Shown here: positions 47,783 to 61,559 of the stretch, one piece after another
How positions within the stretch are numbered: position 1 is the stretch's first letter
Layout of the letters: each line of letters begins with the position of its first letter
NCBI GenBank assembly: GCA_951406725.2
Contig: OX597823.1
Span: 5,580,001-5,644,000 of the forward strand
Source: Octopus vulgaris
Lineage: Eukaryota
Length of the DNA stretch: 64,000 bases
Direction: 5' to 3'
Notes under the pieces: generated by a model
Told to the model about the DNA's origin: nothing
What the model saw: only the letters and a program-made list of their open reading frames with translations
The model's database searches: none
Position numbers and translations under genes: made by a program

Positions 47783-48309
47783 CAGTAATACCTCGATAAA
47801 CGAGTTAATTCGTTCCCGGAGATCGCTCGTAAAGCAGAGCAATAATTTCTCGTAGTAGCAATGTTTTAAATCATAATTCGTTCTCATAAAACTATTTTAC
47901 CTATAAATTTCATAATGGTCGTAAATAAATGGCAATAAAACAACAGTGGAATGTAAAAAATACTTCATGTAAAGTAAAAAAGTATGTCAAGTTCATTTAT
48001 AATAAAAAAATATAATCGTTTCCTGAACCCCTTTCACTCGCACTAGACTCGTACACACCAGCATTTGAAGACGCGGTCACCGATTCACAAGCACTCGTAG
48101 AAGGACTTGTAAATTTCTTTTTAAACAAATAATTCTAGAGTTGTTAGCTTAGAAGCTTTTTTCGCTCTCTGTAAATTTCTCGGTAACACGCATTTGTTAT
48201 GGTAGTAGAAACTTTTGCACTTGGTTCACAAAATAGCTGTTTGACCATTATATATTTATTATAAAATAGAACTCGTAAATCTGGCTTCTCGTAAAGTGAG
48301 GCATCACTG
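47783..48309. mobile_element. Tigger/pogo-like non-autonomous DNA transposon
   Basis: Ends CAGTAATACCTCG and GTGAGGCATCACTG|TA. Confidence 0.65.
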
Positions 48310-48554
48310 TACTCTTTTAATACATTAAGGTGTGGCATGAATTAGATATGGCTACAAGTTTCTATTCAGCGAATGTTTAAGAACTGTGCTTTTCGACCGC
48401 TTTCTGTTTGACGTCCTCATAATATTCAGGCGCTGTCAGTGTTACAAACACACAAAAAAGAATAAACTAACGCAAAATGGTGAGGGAATTAAGTAGCAGA
48501 AGATTAGTGGGGGGGGGGGGGGTAATGGGTTGTATACCCCGGAAGTGACGTGTT

Positions 48555-49060
48555 TAGCCGTGCCTCGTGGACATGGTTGCAAAGGCGTTGCTACAGAAAA
48601 TGTATTTCTTTTCTACCCACAAGGGGCTAAACACAGAGGGGACAAACAAGGACAGACAAAGCGATTAAGTCGATTCCATCGACCCCAGTGCGTAACTGGT
48701 ACGTAATTTATCGACCCCGAAAGGATGAAAGGCAAAGTCAACCTCGGCGGAATTTGAACTCAGAACGTAACGGCAGATGAAATACGGCTACGCATTTCGC
48801 CCGGCGTGCTAACGATTCTGCCAGCTCGCCACAGAAAATGGTCAACGACACTCGCTGTAATAGCCACCCAACTTAGCGAAGGTTATTTCTCACGTAAGCC
48901 GCATTTATCCTGATCTTGTGGAGGAAATCAACAATACGGAGTCGGAGAACACCTGAGGTCTCGAAGGCGACCACTACAAACTGATAGCAACCGGCCAGGC
49001 TCCTGTATTTGTTTATACTCCGCTCCCCTGTGTTACGGGCTTGGCGATTCTTTTGTCCGT
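48555..49060 (-). mobile_element. CRE-like non-LTR retrotransposon 3' fragment (restriction-like endonuclease end) interrupted by SINE B
   Basis: KYRSLAGCYQFVVVAFETSGV...WLLQRVSLTI, continuing as SNAFA after the SINE; resembles the KY...FxPxAxETxG...QRxSxAIxRGNA C-terminus. Confidence 0.7.
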
Positions 49061-49162
49061 TTACAATCTTCACAGGCATGTCCTATGAAAAACACTATAC
49101 TACAGTACTCAGACTTCATCTCATAAGTTATTGGTCAACTCAAGGTAAGGAATTATAAAGTA

Positions 49163-49361
49163 CAGCAATCCCTCGCCACATCGCGGTTCACCTATCGCGC
49201 ACTCAGTATATTTTTCTGGCTAATATAAGTAAATTTATATCACGGACTCCTCAGTATACCGCGAGTTTCTGCGGCCGATAGGTATTTATATTTTTTTAGA
49301 TTTTAATTATTTCTGTGGGAGATTTTGGAACGTAACACCCGCGATAGTCGAGGGATTACTG
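49163..49361. mobile_element. Tigger-like MITE
   Basis: TA|CAGCAATCCCTCG ... CGAGGGATTACTG|TA. Confidence 0.8.
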
Positions 49362-50156
49362 TAATTATAAAATTTCGCAAGGTACCATGCAGTGGGAACA
49401 AAGCACAAATCACGTTTGTGGCGGTTGTTTAACCCTGACTGAGTCAACCTATGATTAAAAACATTCCATCATCATCATCATCACTCCCACCGATATCATT
49501 GTCACCACTATCACCTCCACTACCACCATCATCATCGTCATCATCACCATCATTATCGTTTAGCGACTTGGGTCAACACCGAGCTCACGATTTCATTTCG
49601 TTACGACACCACCGAAGTCTTGTGCTTCATATTCCGAATTCCTTGGCGATATCATCGAGATAAGAGAGCAAACGATTTTTCTCACCAAACTGGCCAAGAT
49701 CTTTAAAAACAAATGATAGCACTATCTCATCTTTTGCTCTAAAACAGAGCTCGTTAAATCATACTCTGTGTTATCAAACTGCTTATAAGATGAGTGGTAA
49801 AGTTCTTTAGATTTGTGTTGGTTGATTTTCCTTGAAGTATTTTGTACTTCACGTAGAAGTTAAGCGTAGCAAATATCTAATCCTTATAAAGACTTATCAG
49901 GAGCCATCATGCTTCAGACATATTTATATGTATACAAAACCTCTTCCGCTAAAACTGGTGACTCAACTTAATAGTGGAGTACGAAAAGATGTACAGAAGC
50001 CGGTCGTATATCTTTTTATTTATTTATGTTTAATTTAGGAGGGAAGACAAGTGTTCATGACCAGTTACAGGGTTTCCGAAACCAGGAGAGAGAGGAAAGT
50101 ATCTTCAAACGGGAAGCCGGGCCCGAGTGTTTTTAACTGAGTGGATTCCTCTAAAG

Positions 50157-50387
50157 CAGTGGTTCCCAAACTTTTTCAGGCTGCTGCCCCCTTGACACCC
50201 TGGCCACACTCCTAGTGCCCCCACCCCAACTAACCATCACAAACATAGACCTGTTTTTGAAGCAAATTCAAAGCAACTATATTTCACAAAACTTAACTTA
50301 ATGAACCCATTATTTTCTTCAACGCTCCCTTGGAACTTTCCACCCCCACCCCCAGGGGGACAATACTGCCCACTTTGGGAATCACTG
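50157..50387. mobile_element. hAT/Charlie-like MITE
   Basis: TIR CAGTGGTTCCCAAA / TTTGGGAATCACTG; 8-bp TSD CTCTAAAG / CTCTGTAG. Confidence 0.8.
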
Positions 50388-50602
50388 CTCTGTAGGCACT
50401 CGAAGTGTCAGGTGGTGGTGTTAAACTGGGCGAAGAGTTTAAGTGTACCATCTAAGCAGGCCATGGTAAGATTTGAACTCGGAACTTAAAGACCTGGAAC
50501 AAATACCAAAGTGAATCGAGTCGGACAGTTTTGAAGTTCCGCTAATTCACCGCCTCGGATTAGTTCTTTTCTTTTTTAAGTCGAACCCTGAAGGATGAAA
50601 GG

Positions 50603-50749
50603 CACTAGCGTAGCTAGGGTGGGGGTTGTAGGGATGGTCCGTCCCGGCGGCACTTTTGGTTGGCTGTTGTCAGTATGTATTTTTTGCAGGATCCGGGGCG
50701 GCAAACGGAAGGGCCGCCCCGGGTGGCACACACTCTAGCTACGCTAGTG
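50603..50749. mobile_element. hAT-like MITE with CACTAGCGTAGCTAG TIR; second copy at 57932-58447
   Basis: Perfect 15-bp TIR; 8-bp TSD ATGAAAGG/ATGGAAGG; second copy TSD TACGTATG/TACGTCTG. Confidence 0.85.
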
Positions 50750-51135
50750 ATGGAAGGTAAGGTTGACTTCATTGTGCAGAAAGCCAAATACTATGGACGA
50801 AATGGGGGTGATTTGGCGCAGCTGAGTGGACATTCATCCTGATTGGGCGACAGTACTTTTTGGCATTGGATGCAAATACACACACAAGTGTAGAAATATA
50901 CACAAACAGACAGAAGGGGGGGGGAGAAGGAAATTACAATTTATTAATTGAACATGATTGACTTATAAACACTTTTCCTCTTCTACACACAAAGAAAATA
51001 TACTCACAAACATAAAGAGAGAAGAAGAGAGCGAGAGAAGCATTAAAACGTCCGATGTCAAATAAGTTAGCTTCGAATCAGCACCGCCAAATAAGCAGCG
51101 CCGAAACGCTATGCCAGAACGTATCATAGCCTACT

Positions 51136-51438
51136 TTTTATTTTATTTATGCGCCCTTTTCAAGCCTAGCCAGGCTCATGGGCCCGGTTACCCGGTTTCT
51201 GTGGGGTATGTGTTTCCCCCAGCTGGACGGGACGCCAGTCCATCGCAGCGTTACTCAAGAAACAGGAAGGAAGAGTGAGAGAAAGTTGGGGCAAAAGAGT
51301 ACACCACTCCCTGCCGGAGACTCGTGGAACTTTAGGTGTTTTCACTCAATAAACACACACAACGCCCGGTCTGGGAATCGAAACCGCGATCCTCCGACCG
51401 CGAATCCGCTGCCCTAACCACTGGGCCATTGCGCCTCC
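51136..51438 (-). mobile_element. SINE family C (tRNA-derived, possibly tRNA-Arg). Other copies: about 1677-1860(+), 2633-2905(-), 16160-16435(-)
   Basis: Head ggaggcgcaatggcccagtggttagggc...ggtttcgattccc, 13-bp TSD ATCATAGCCTACT at 51123 and 51439. Confidence 0.88.
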
Positions 51439-52572
51439 ATCATAGCCTACTGCGGAACATTCTATTCAGTGCTCAAGCGATTCAGTGAATCCGCCAGCTG
51501 TTGAATCTTTCATGTAAATTAGCAGTTCGATAAATTGAAATCTATAAAATAGGTATCATATTGAAATAAAACACTGGGTTCGATATGGTTGACTAAGAGT
51601 AAATAAATAAAGCCAAACGAGAAGTCTGTGGTATCGTACCATGATGGCAGGAACCAACAAAATAAAAAGCTTCTGAACTTGTTACTGCAAGCCGAATATT
51701 AGTTGCTGGAGCGTTTGCTTACATGTCTAAACAAAATGAACATCCGATCTTTATTTTAGCCTATCATTTCTTAGACAATCATCTGTTATGAGAAAGTAAC
51801 ACATGGGCTGAGTGGTTTATTTATCAAACAAGAATATCAATGAAAAGTATCGGCTGACTATTGTTATGAGGCGACCAGCTTTAAGTTTTACAAAAGCCAG
51901 TGACTAGCAAGTGGCGATATGTCATTGGTGAATCTATTTGCCCCCTCCCGCTTCGTCTTCCTCTCTTAAACCTTCTCTCACAACTTCTTTTTCTCCAACA
52001 CCTCCAACACCCTGTCTATGCACAATCACATTCACTGATGATCTAATAATTCTTTCTCATATTACAACGTTTGCGGTGGATTGGTAGGTTCGTTAGAGCA
52101 TTGGACAAAACATCTTTAAGTATTTGTGTTCTGGCTCTGTACATTTTGAGTTCGAATCCCGCAGAGGTCAAACTTCGCCTTTTATCTTTCCGGGGCCGAT
52201 AAAGTAAGATACCAGCTAAATATAGAGGTTGATTTACTCCCTTATCCGCCCCAATCACATTTCTTTTCCATCGACTGTCTATTGTATCCAGTCTCTTCAT
52301 TTCAACCTTTTTTTCTTCCTTTTACCCTCACGTGTCGAACAAAATAATTTCAAAGTTTAGCTATATAATTTCAAATAGCACCGAAGTCAACTTTGCGATT
52401 CATGCTTCCAGGGTCGATAAAATTAAGCACCAGCCAAGCCCTCGGGTCGGTTTGCTCGCCACTCCCTCCTTTGTTAGACGCATTTCGCTCTCAATCCTTC
52501 ACCTTAGTCCCTTTCTTTCAACATTTCTCTCTCCCCTTTACTCTCACTTTATGGAGTTTTCGAACAAAATAT

Positions 52573-52998
52573 GGATTTTTTCGGTTTGAACGGCAATTTT
52601 TTCTAGCGGTGTCATATGAAATTGTCACCCATAATTATGACCCTAGTATCGATCTATTGCATTTCAATGTTTTAGGGTTAGAGTTAGGGGTGGGGTTAGG
52701 TATGGAGGGAAGGGTATCTTTTTTTCTTCAGAAATGTAAATAAACCCAATCTGTTTCTTAAACGAGGGACATATTCATACGGCACAGAATGTTTTCACCT
52801 CAATAGACATCATTGATTGGTTGAAATTGCAGAAACTAAAGAAAAAAACAACACATATCTTACAAACTATAGAATTTTCTCAACAAAGCCAAGAGAAAAA
52901 GATGTTTTATAAACACATTCTACCAGTATACGAAGTTTAAAAGTCTTTAGTTACGTGGAAATAATTTTTAAAAACTGCCGTTCAAACCGAAAAGATCC
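52573..52998. mobile_element. MITE with GG termini and about 29-bp TIRs (Merlin- or Mutator-like); deleted derivative at about 54560-54638
   Basis: GGATTTTTTCGGTTTGAACGGCAATTTTT / AAAAACTGCCGTTCAAACCGAAAAGATCC; flanks CAAAATAT / CAAAATAC. Confidence 0.75.
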
Positions 52999-53129
52999 CA
53001 AAATACTTTATGTTCTGGGCTCAAATCTCACCGAAGTCAGCTTTGCCCGTCATCCTTCTAGGGTCAATATGAAAGCAGTAAGGCCGCGTGTGTCTGCGTG
53101 AATGGAATTACAATAGAGGACAAGACTTG

Positions 53130-54440
53130 TCTTTCAATCCCTCACTTGTTTATCTTCCCATCTCGCTTATACCCCCCCTCTCTCTCTCTTCACACTCCGC
53201 AGCCATTTCAACATTATCTTATGGTTTTAATCTTTACTTTCTCTTTCTCGCATCTCTCCAATTCTGTCTTTATCAGACAATACATCTCACCCCACTCTTT
53301 TCATTCCTACTTCAGCTCTCAGATATCTCAACAATCATTCTCTCTTGCTCTCTCAATCTCATAATTTCTTATTTCTTTACTACCCACAAGGGGCTACACA
53401 CAGAGGGGACAAACAAGGACAGACAAACGGATTAAGTCGATTATATCGACCCCAGTGCGTAACTGGTACTTATTTAATCGACCCCGAAAGGATGAAAGGC
53501 AAAGTCGACCTCGGCAGAATTTGAACTCAGAACGTAACGACAGACGAAATACTGCCAAGTATTTCGCCCGGCGTGCTAACCATTCTGCCAGCTCACCGCC
53601 TTTCATTCTCATAATTTCTCTACCTTCATTTCCCTATTACACCTTTTTCCTTTCACACACCTTATTCTTCTTTCAAATTTGTTCGACTCTTCCTTCTTTT
53701 TCATCTTTTATCTCAGCTATTTCCCTTTCTTCTTCTTCACATACTTCCATGCCTTATTCTCGCCACCCTTCTTCCCATTCGTGATTCTCTTCAAATCTGT
53801 TTTTCACATTTGCCCTTCTCCAATAATCTTTCACATTTTGCCCGTCCTCTCGCTTCGTATTTTTCTCACAACAGATTTCCGCCTTTCTCTATCATTCTTA
53901 TTCTTTTTATATTCTTCTCTCTCACTCTCATTCTCTCATACGGTTTACATTTCTCTCTTACTCTCTCGATCTCATATTCTTACACACTATTCACTTCTCT
54001 CTCTAACGCACACGCACAGAGTCATACTCTTTGCGTGTCTCTCTCTTTCCCTCACTCACACTCATTCTCTTTCACACACTCCATTTCTTTCACTCTTACT
54101 GCCACTTCTTTATCACTTCTCTATTTCACTTCCTTTCAAAACATTCTCCTTCATTCACCTTTCTCCTCCAACCTTTCCTCTTTCATATATTTTTTCTGAA
54201 CTCAATACTTTCTTCCCTTCACCTCATTTCTTTCTTTCTTCGATTTTCTTTTTCTTTTTTGTCAATATTTCTCTCAATTACTTATTTTCCATGAGAAAAA
54301 ATCAGAAGAATTTCCTATCTTTTTACTCACAATTTTCTCACGACTTTGATTTTCGCCCCTCTCTTTCTCTCTCGTCGCTCCAGTTAATATCCTTCCCGCT
54401 TTCATTTTTAATCTTTGTCTTCTTCATGCTCATCCTTTCT
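53130..54440 (+). repeat. Long low-complexity pyrimidine-rich tract
   Basis: About 1.3 kb strongly C/T-biased on the + strand, interrupted by a SINE B. Confidence 0.85.
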
Positions 54441-57400
54441 CTTACAAACCCAGGAAGGGCCTTACCTTACACAACAGGCTTAAAATCTTCGCTAACCCGC
54501 GATTATTCACGAAATTATTTATTTGACAAACAGAAAAAAAAACTAGGGAAACAGGTATCGGATCTTTTCACTTTGACCGGCAGATTTTTAAAATAATTTC
54601 TTTGTAACTAAACACTTTTAAACTTCGTGAAAAGATCCTTATCATAATGACCGATATAAATGTTGGTTTGTTTATTTCTCCAGTTATGATTTTCATTGAA
54701 TGGAGAGAAGTGGAGAGAGAGTGAAAGAGATTTAACAAAAGAATTGTTGGATAAGGGTCCTATAACTTCCTGAAAAAGGAGTCTTTCTCATTCGCAAAAT
54801 GGGCCCTCCTTAATTTTGTTCAGATTGCTTTCAATTTTGGTGAACCGATGCAACTCTGAGTTTTAGTTACGACCGACCAATTACTTTATCTCGTAAATTA
54901 AAGAATCTGATGTTATTTGGAATTAAAGTTGGGAAATTTGGGTCATTTTAGCCAATCAACAGACAGCGTGGCATTAGCAGCTTGTTACCATGACAACCGC
55001 ACGCTGCGTTGTGGTTCACTGTTGTCTGTGCCGCTGGTGTCTATGTTGATTTTTTCACTCTTAGTATTTTTTTACATATTTTTGGGACTCATTGACTCAG
55101 ATAACTGGATTTATGATTTCACTAGGTTAATTATATTCATAAACTTTTTAATTAGGAGTATTTCTTAAACCCTTAGCTTCACATTTCAGCAGCTTAACTG
55201 AAATTTAGCACATGTAACAGGAACTGAGAGGGATATCGTGGAACAGAGAAACTGTGGGTGATACAGATAATTTGACATTCTTTTACTCGAGACAAATTCT
55301 TTGTTGACCAGTGTTATTCTTATCGTAGTTTACAAAGCCAAACATGAAAACGTTACTCAACTTTGGAGTTTTGGAGACACACACACATGCACTTATATAT
55401 TAAAGATGTACACAAATACATGGCCGGTATACATAATACTGAAGTACGCATAAAGTAAACACATGCTGACTAATATATTAATACAACAATTTTTAAAAAT
55501 TATAAAGGGTATTTCTGTTTATTTAGAAACCTACAATGAACAGGTTAGACACTAAACTATAAATTTCACAGGGTACAACCTCAAAAGTTGACGCCGCTAA
55601 ACGCAGAAAATTGCTGTTTCGCTATTGGCTAAAAATACCCAGTTTTTTCGATTTTTAAACCTCTAACTTTTTTCACTATTTTTTTTCTCCACAACATCAT
55701 ACCTTCAAAGCAATGAGATGGAAGGCTACATTATTATAGCCGATTTTCAGATTTTTTACTTCCTTTTAAAAAATGCATATTTTGCAAATGAAAAATCAAC
55801 TAGATCCCTGAAAAATACACAAATTTTAATAAAATTGTACAGAGATAGGTCTTTAATGGAGTAGATTGCTATTATGCTAATAAGATTCAGAAAAATAACA
55901 TAATTATAGCAAATAAACAAATGAGAATTTTATTTAATTTTAAGGTAATAAATAATTTTCTTTTGAAAATTAGTATTACTCTTATAACTAAGAAATTCTA
56001 TAAAAGTTCAATTATAATTATTGTTTGCCATATTTCCTGATATCAACCGTTGTAACAAACGAATACTCCCAAAGATACCCATTACAGGGCCGCTCCCAGG
56101 AATTTTTCGAAGAGAGGGCATAAGGTCAGAAACGAATACAATTCCGGGAAAAAAGGGCATAATAACATTATTTAGAATGGTGCACTTCTTTTCTTGAGGG
56201 GACACGTGCCCCTCATCCTCCACCCCTGCATTATATGATGGCTAACATTGATTACTGCTTATGAGAGCACATCGAAGGTGATGACAGCGTCGACCCATGA
56301 CATTCATCCTCCCCTACACTGTTTTTCTTGAGAGCAGACCTGGTTGACAGGACCAATTCGAGATAGGCAGATCCTGTGGCACTGGGGTCACTTTCAGTGA
56401 CCCCGAACAACAGCCACAGGAATTGATGGCGATGTCTCCGCCTCTCGGAGGCTGGCTTCCAGTCTCGATCTCACTGAAGAAGACCATTTTTGGGAATAGG
56501 TTACCTGGCAACCGAATCAGCAATTTCGGGGAAGTTAGTAAGTTGCTTACATCGACTCCAATGTTCAACTGGCACTTATTTTATTGACCTCCGAAAGGAT
56601 GAAAAACAAAGTCGACCTTGGTGGAATTTGAACTCAGAACGTAATTTGGCGGAAGCAATGCCGCTAGGCATTTTGTCCGGCGCGGTAACGATTCTGCTTG
56701 TTTGCCACTCTAACAGTTATAATAATAATCCTTTCTACTGAAAGCACAAGGGCTGAAACTTGGGGGAAGGGGACTGGTCGATTACATCGATCCTAGTGTT
56801 TCACTGGTACTTAATTTATCGACCCCGAAAGGATGAAAGGCAAAGTCAACCTCGGCGGAATTTGAACTCGGAACGTAACGCCAGACGAAATACCGCTAAA
56901 TGTTTCGCCCGGCGTGCTAACGATTCTGCTTTACTGGTGCTTTATTTTACCGACTCCCAGAGGATGAGAGGCAACACATTTCCATTGACTTCATTTATCT
57001 TCAAACTTTAAATATTCAAATTATTATTAATGAGGTCGATTTGCTTTTACTTTATCTTCCAAACTTAATTTATTCAGGCTTAATTGTTAATGACATTTCA
57101 CTTATATTCAGCATTCTATTATATCGATTTACCTTCATTAATTTCCAGGTTTTCACCCATGTTTAATTGAAGTTTCCTATATTTTAACTGATAACAAAGG
57201 GTTTCTAGCATTGGTACAAAGCTACGTAGTTTCAGGGACACACAATTTAGACCCCACTTTTGGATTCGTGTGTTTTATCTTTTACTTGTTTCAGTCATTA
57301 GACCGTGACCATGCTGGAGTACCGCCTTGAATTTTTAGTCGAATGAATCAACCCCAGTACTTACTTTTTAAGCCTGCCTCTTATTCTATCGGTCTCTTTT

Positions 57401-60400
57401 GCAGAACCGCTAAGTTACGGCGACGTAAACACACCAGCACCGGTTGTCAAGTGGTGATGGGGGTAACAGACACACATAGATATATATATATATATATGAG
57501 CTTCTTTCAGTTTCCGCCTACCAAATCCATTCACAAGGCTTTGGCCGGACAGAAGCTGTAGCAGAAGACATTTGCCCAAGGTGCCACGTAGTGGGACTGA
57601 ACCTGCAACCACGTGGTTAGGAAGCAAGCTTCTTACCACGCAGCCACTCCTGCGCCTATTTATTATTAAAATTTGTTTTTGTTTCTAATTTAGTCACAAG
57701 GCTAGCACTTCTTAAAAAGAAAGGTTAGTCTATTCTACTGGCAACAGCACTTGGCTGGTGCTTTATTTTATCAACCCCGAAGAAAAAAAATGAAACATAA
57801 AGTTGACCTTAGTAAGATTTGAACGAAAAAAGCCAAAATGGATACTGCGAAGGGTTTTCCCAACACTAACGATTCTGCCAGCTCGCAACCTTTTAATTTG
57901 GTAACATTAATTTTTACACTTAGTACGTATGCACTAGCGTAGCTGGGGGGGGGGGGCAGCATTTTTAAAGTGGCACCACTGTATGTGTTTTTTGCGTTAA
58001 GGCGGCGAGCTGGCAGAAACGTTAGCACGCCAGGTGAAACATTTAGTGGTATTTCGTCTACGGCTACGTTCTGAGTTCAAATTCCGTCAAGGTCGACTTT
58101 GCCTTTCATCCTTTCGGGGTCGATTAAAAAAGTATTAGTTACGCACTGGGGTCGATATAATCGACTTGATCCGTTTGTCTGTCCTTGTTTGTCCTTTCTG
58201 TGTTTAGCCCCTTGTGGGTAGTAAAGGAATAGGTATTTCGTCTGTCGTTACGTTCTGAGTTCAAATTCCGCCGAGGTTGACTTTGCCTTTCATCCTTTCG
58301 GGGTCGATAAATTAAGTACCAGCTGCATACTGGGGGCGATCTAATCGACTAGCTCCTCTCTCAAAATTTCGGGCCTTGTGCCTAGAGTAGAAAAGAATGT
58401 GTTTTTTGTGGGGTCAGGGGGCGGCACACACTCTAACTACACTAGTATACGTCTGCCCCCATTGACTAAATCAATCCTAGTATATTACTGGTACTCATTT
58501 TACCGATCCATAAACATGAAAAGCCTAATTCAGTGGCAGGTGAATTTGAGCACAGAACATGTAGACAAAGAAGTGAATACGGAAAAGTATTTAATCTGGT
58601 ACCACACCACTATGTGAAGACACGTGGCCTAGTGATAACGGTGTTACAATCACGACCACAACGTCATGGTTTCGATTCCCGCAAAACACTTCATTTCACG
58701 TTTCTCCAGTTCATTCAGGTGAAAATTAATAACCTGGGCTGTGTGGTAAGTAGCTTGCTTACCAACCACACGGTTCCGGGTTCAGTCCCACTGCGTGGCA
58801 CCTTGAGCAAGTGTCTTCTATTATAGTCTCGGGCCGATCAAAGCCTTGTGAGTGGATTTGGTAGACGGAAACTGAAAGAAGCCCATCGTATATATATATA
58901 TATATATGCATATGTTTGTCCCCCCAACATCACTTGACAACCGATGCTGGTGTATTTACGTCTCCGTCACCTAGCGGTTCGGCAAGAGAAAAAGTACTAG
59001 GCTTACAAAGAATAAGTCCTGGGCTCGATTTGCTCGGCTAAAGGCGGTGTTCCAGCATGGCCGCAGTCAAATGACTGAAACAAAATAACAAAATAATAAA
59101 AAAAAAGACTGGTATCCCGTTCAGAGAGAATGTTGTGATTTTGGTCACTTATGCACCATGGAAACCGAGTAACCGACCCTGGGAGTCCAAGAACTTGAGA
59201 CAGTAATAGCGAAGGGACTTACATATCAGTTCCATTTCTTTTGTTTGTTTGTTTGTTTCGGATATGAAATGTATTCCAAAAAATTTCATCAAAGTTAAAT
59301 TATAATTATTGTATGTCTGCTATATTTCCTTATATTATCCATAGTGGCAAAAGCACACTTCCAAAGTATTACCCATCACATGAGGGGTAAAACTCCATAG
59401 TATATTTTATTGTGTCTGGGGGAGTCATTCTCTTTTAGTGCCTTGTTAATTTAACACACTCACCGGTCTGATTTCCACTCAGTTACTAAAATTTTCGTTG
59501 CGTCTTGCAACCTTGTCAATAGCTGTTGACTGTCCGTTGTCGGAACTGCCTTCTTTTTTCGTTTTTTTTTTCTACAAGAACGAAACTCTATAGTATGTTA
59601 TATAGTTAGCAAAAGATTATTGTTTTCCTACCTTATTTCTTATAAATAATCCTTTCTACTATAGGCACAAAGTCTGAAATTAGGGGTAGGTGGATAGTCG
59701 ATTACATCGACCCCAGTACTCAACTGGTACTTAATTTATTGACCCCGAGAGGATGAAAGGCAAAGTCGACCTCGACGGAATTTGAAATCAGAACGTGCAG
59801 TCAGAGAAATGCCGCTAAGCATTTTGCCCAGCATGCTAACGATTCTGCCAGCTCACCGCCTTATCTTAATATATAAAACAGAGTTTGTGTGTGTTCCTTA
59901 TGGATTCGAAAACTGAGTTGCCGATTTTGACGTATGAGGTATCAAAAGTTTCAGTAATCTTTCGGCTACCAAATGAAGTATGTTTTTTGCACAACTCCTT
60001 TTAACTACAAAAATTACTTCGAAAACGAGGTCGGGTCGCACAATTTTGAGGTCTTTAGCTAAGGGAGGCAACTCTGCCTCCACAACCTAAGTCTTAGATA
60101 GAGCATAATGAGAAAATGTTTAAAATACATGGAGTTTTGTCAGGGAATGAAACTTCGAAGATATACCATCAATTTTATTAGTATTATTTAGTAGATAATC
60201 TTTTAATGTGGAGCATGTTTGTCTGCGTTTTGTTTATCCCAGAGTTGCCTCTGATGTAGCAGACTCATCGCATAGTTATTTTTTTTCTTCCTGAAATACT
60301 GCAAATCTGTGTCTTTCTTTTGATGAAAGGGTGTGTTTTAAGACAGATTTGGCTGCTATTTGTAGTGGATCAAGTTACCACAGACACACCTCAGTATGTG

Positions 60401-61559
60401 CTTTGTTGTGGTGAAAAAAATATTTTTTCTCAGAATATTTTGCACAATAATTTTAAAAGAAATCTGGACGTCGTTCTTACTGCTAAGCATTCAACTTCAA
60501 ATTACAATTGTTAATTGTTGGAAGTGAAGTAGACTGGGATGTACATATAGTGTTATCGTATGGAGTGGAAGTTCAATACGAAGTTTTGAACTCATTATCT
60601 TGTGGTTACCTTAGATTTGAAGCCATTAAGTCTTTAAACATTATTTTACTGGGTTTAGTCATTCGATCTCAATCTGGCATTTATTTTATAGATCTCTGCT
60701 TGATGAACTGCTGACTTTGAGACATAGTGGGACACAACATTCGATTTAACACACACACACACACACACACATTAGGTGCAAGAATGACTGTGTGGTCGAG
60801 AAGTTTGCTTCCCAACCACATGGTTCCATGTTCAGTCCCTTTGCATAGTACCTTGGGCAAATGTTTTCTACTATAGCCCTAGGTCAACCACAGCCTTGTG
60901 ACTGAATTTAGCAGACGGAAACTGCAGCATTGTTCATCAGAAAAATGACCGAAAATCATGTTTGTAAAGAAGAGTTGTTTGCTTCATACTTCTTGTGTAC
61001 AGATTCTGTCCATAAGAAAGGAACAAATAATACAACGTAGGTCATAATACTCTGGCAACGCCGAGATGCATTGCTAGTATTTTATAAATAATGAAACTGT
61101 ACCCCCAGTGTGCTCTTTCTGCTTGAAGTTCAGAGCTATCTAATTGGATGCACATTGCATGCAAGGAAAATTCTTTGTAGGAACTCTTATTCCTAGGTTG
61201 TCTTGGTTTGAACCTAAGAAACTATTGTAAGCTTATCTATTGATCTCCTTTAGATCTTAAATCAGGTATTTTCTATCTGAGTGTAAGACGTTGTTGTTGA
61301 GCTCGAAGTGACCACAGCTGGAACATTTCTGCTCTTAAATCAGCCCTGATCGAGCAAACCCAAGGTAAGAGATGTTGCAACTGTATCAATCCGTCTCAAT
61401 TTTAAGACTTTATGTTTCATTATTAAATGTGTCCTAAATGTTTGTAGACAGTAAAATACAGGTTGAGGGAATATGGTTGCTAATTGTAGCAAGTAGAGAG
61501 ACAGTGGATGCCCTTCCGTTGTAGATGTAAGGTGGTCAACAATCCCAATAAAACAAGGT

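Noticed and set aside
53679-54596. Longest ORF in the track (305 aa, Phe/Leu/Ser-rich)
   Set aside because: Open only because the pyrimidine-rich strand lacks stop codons; no domain-like content.
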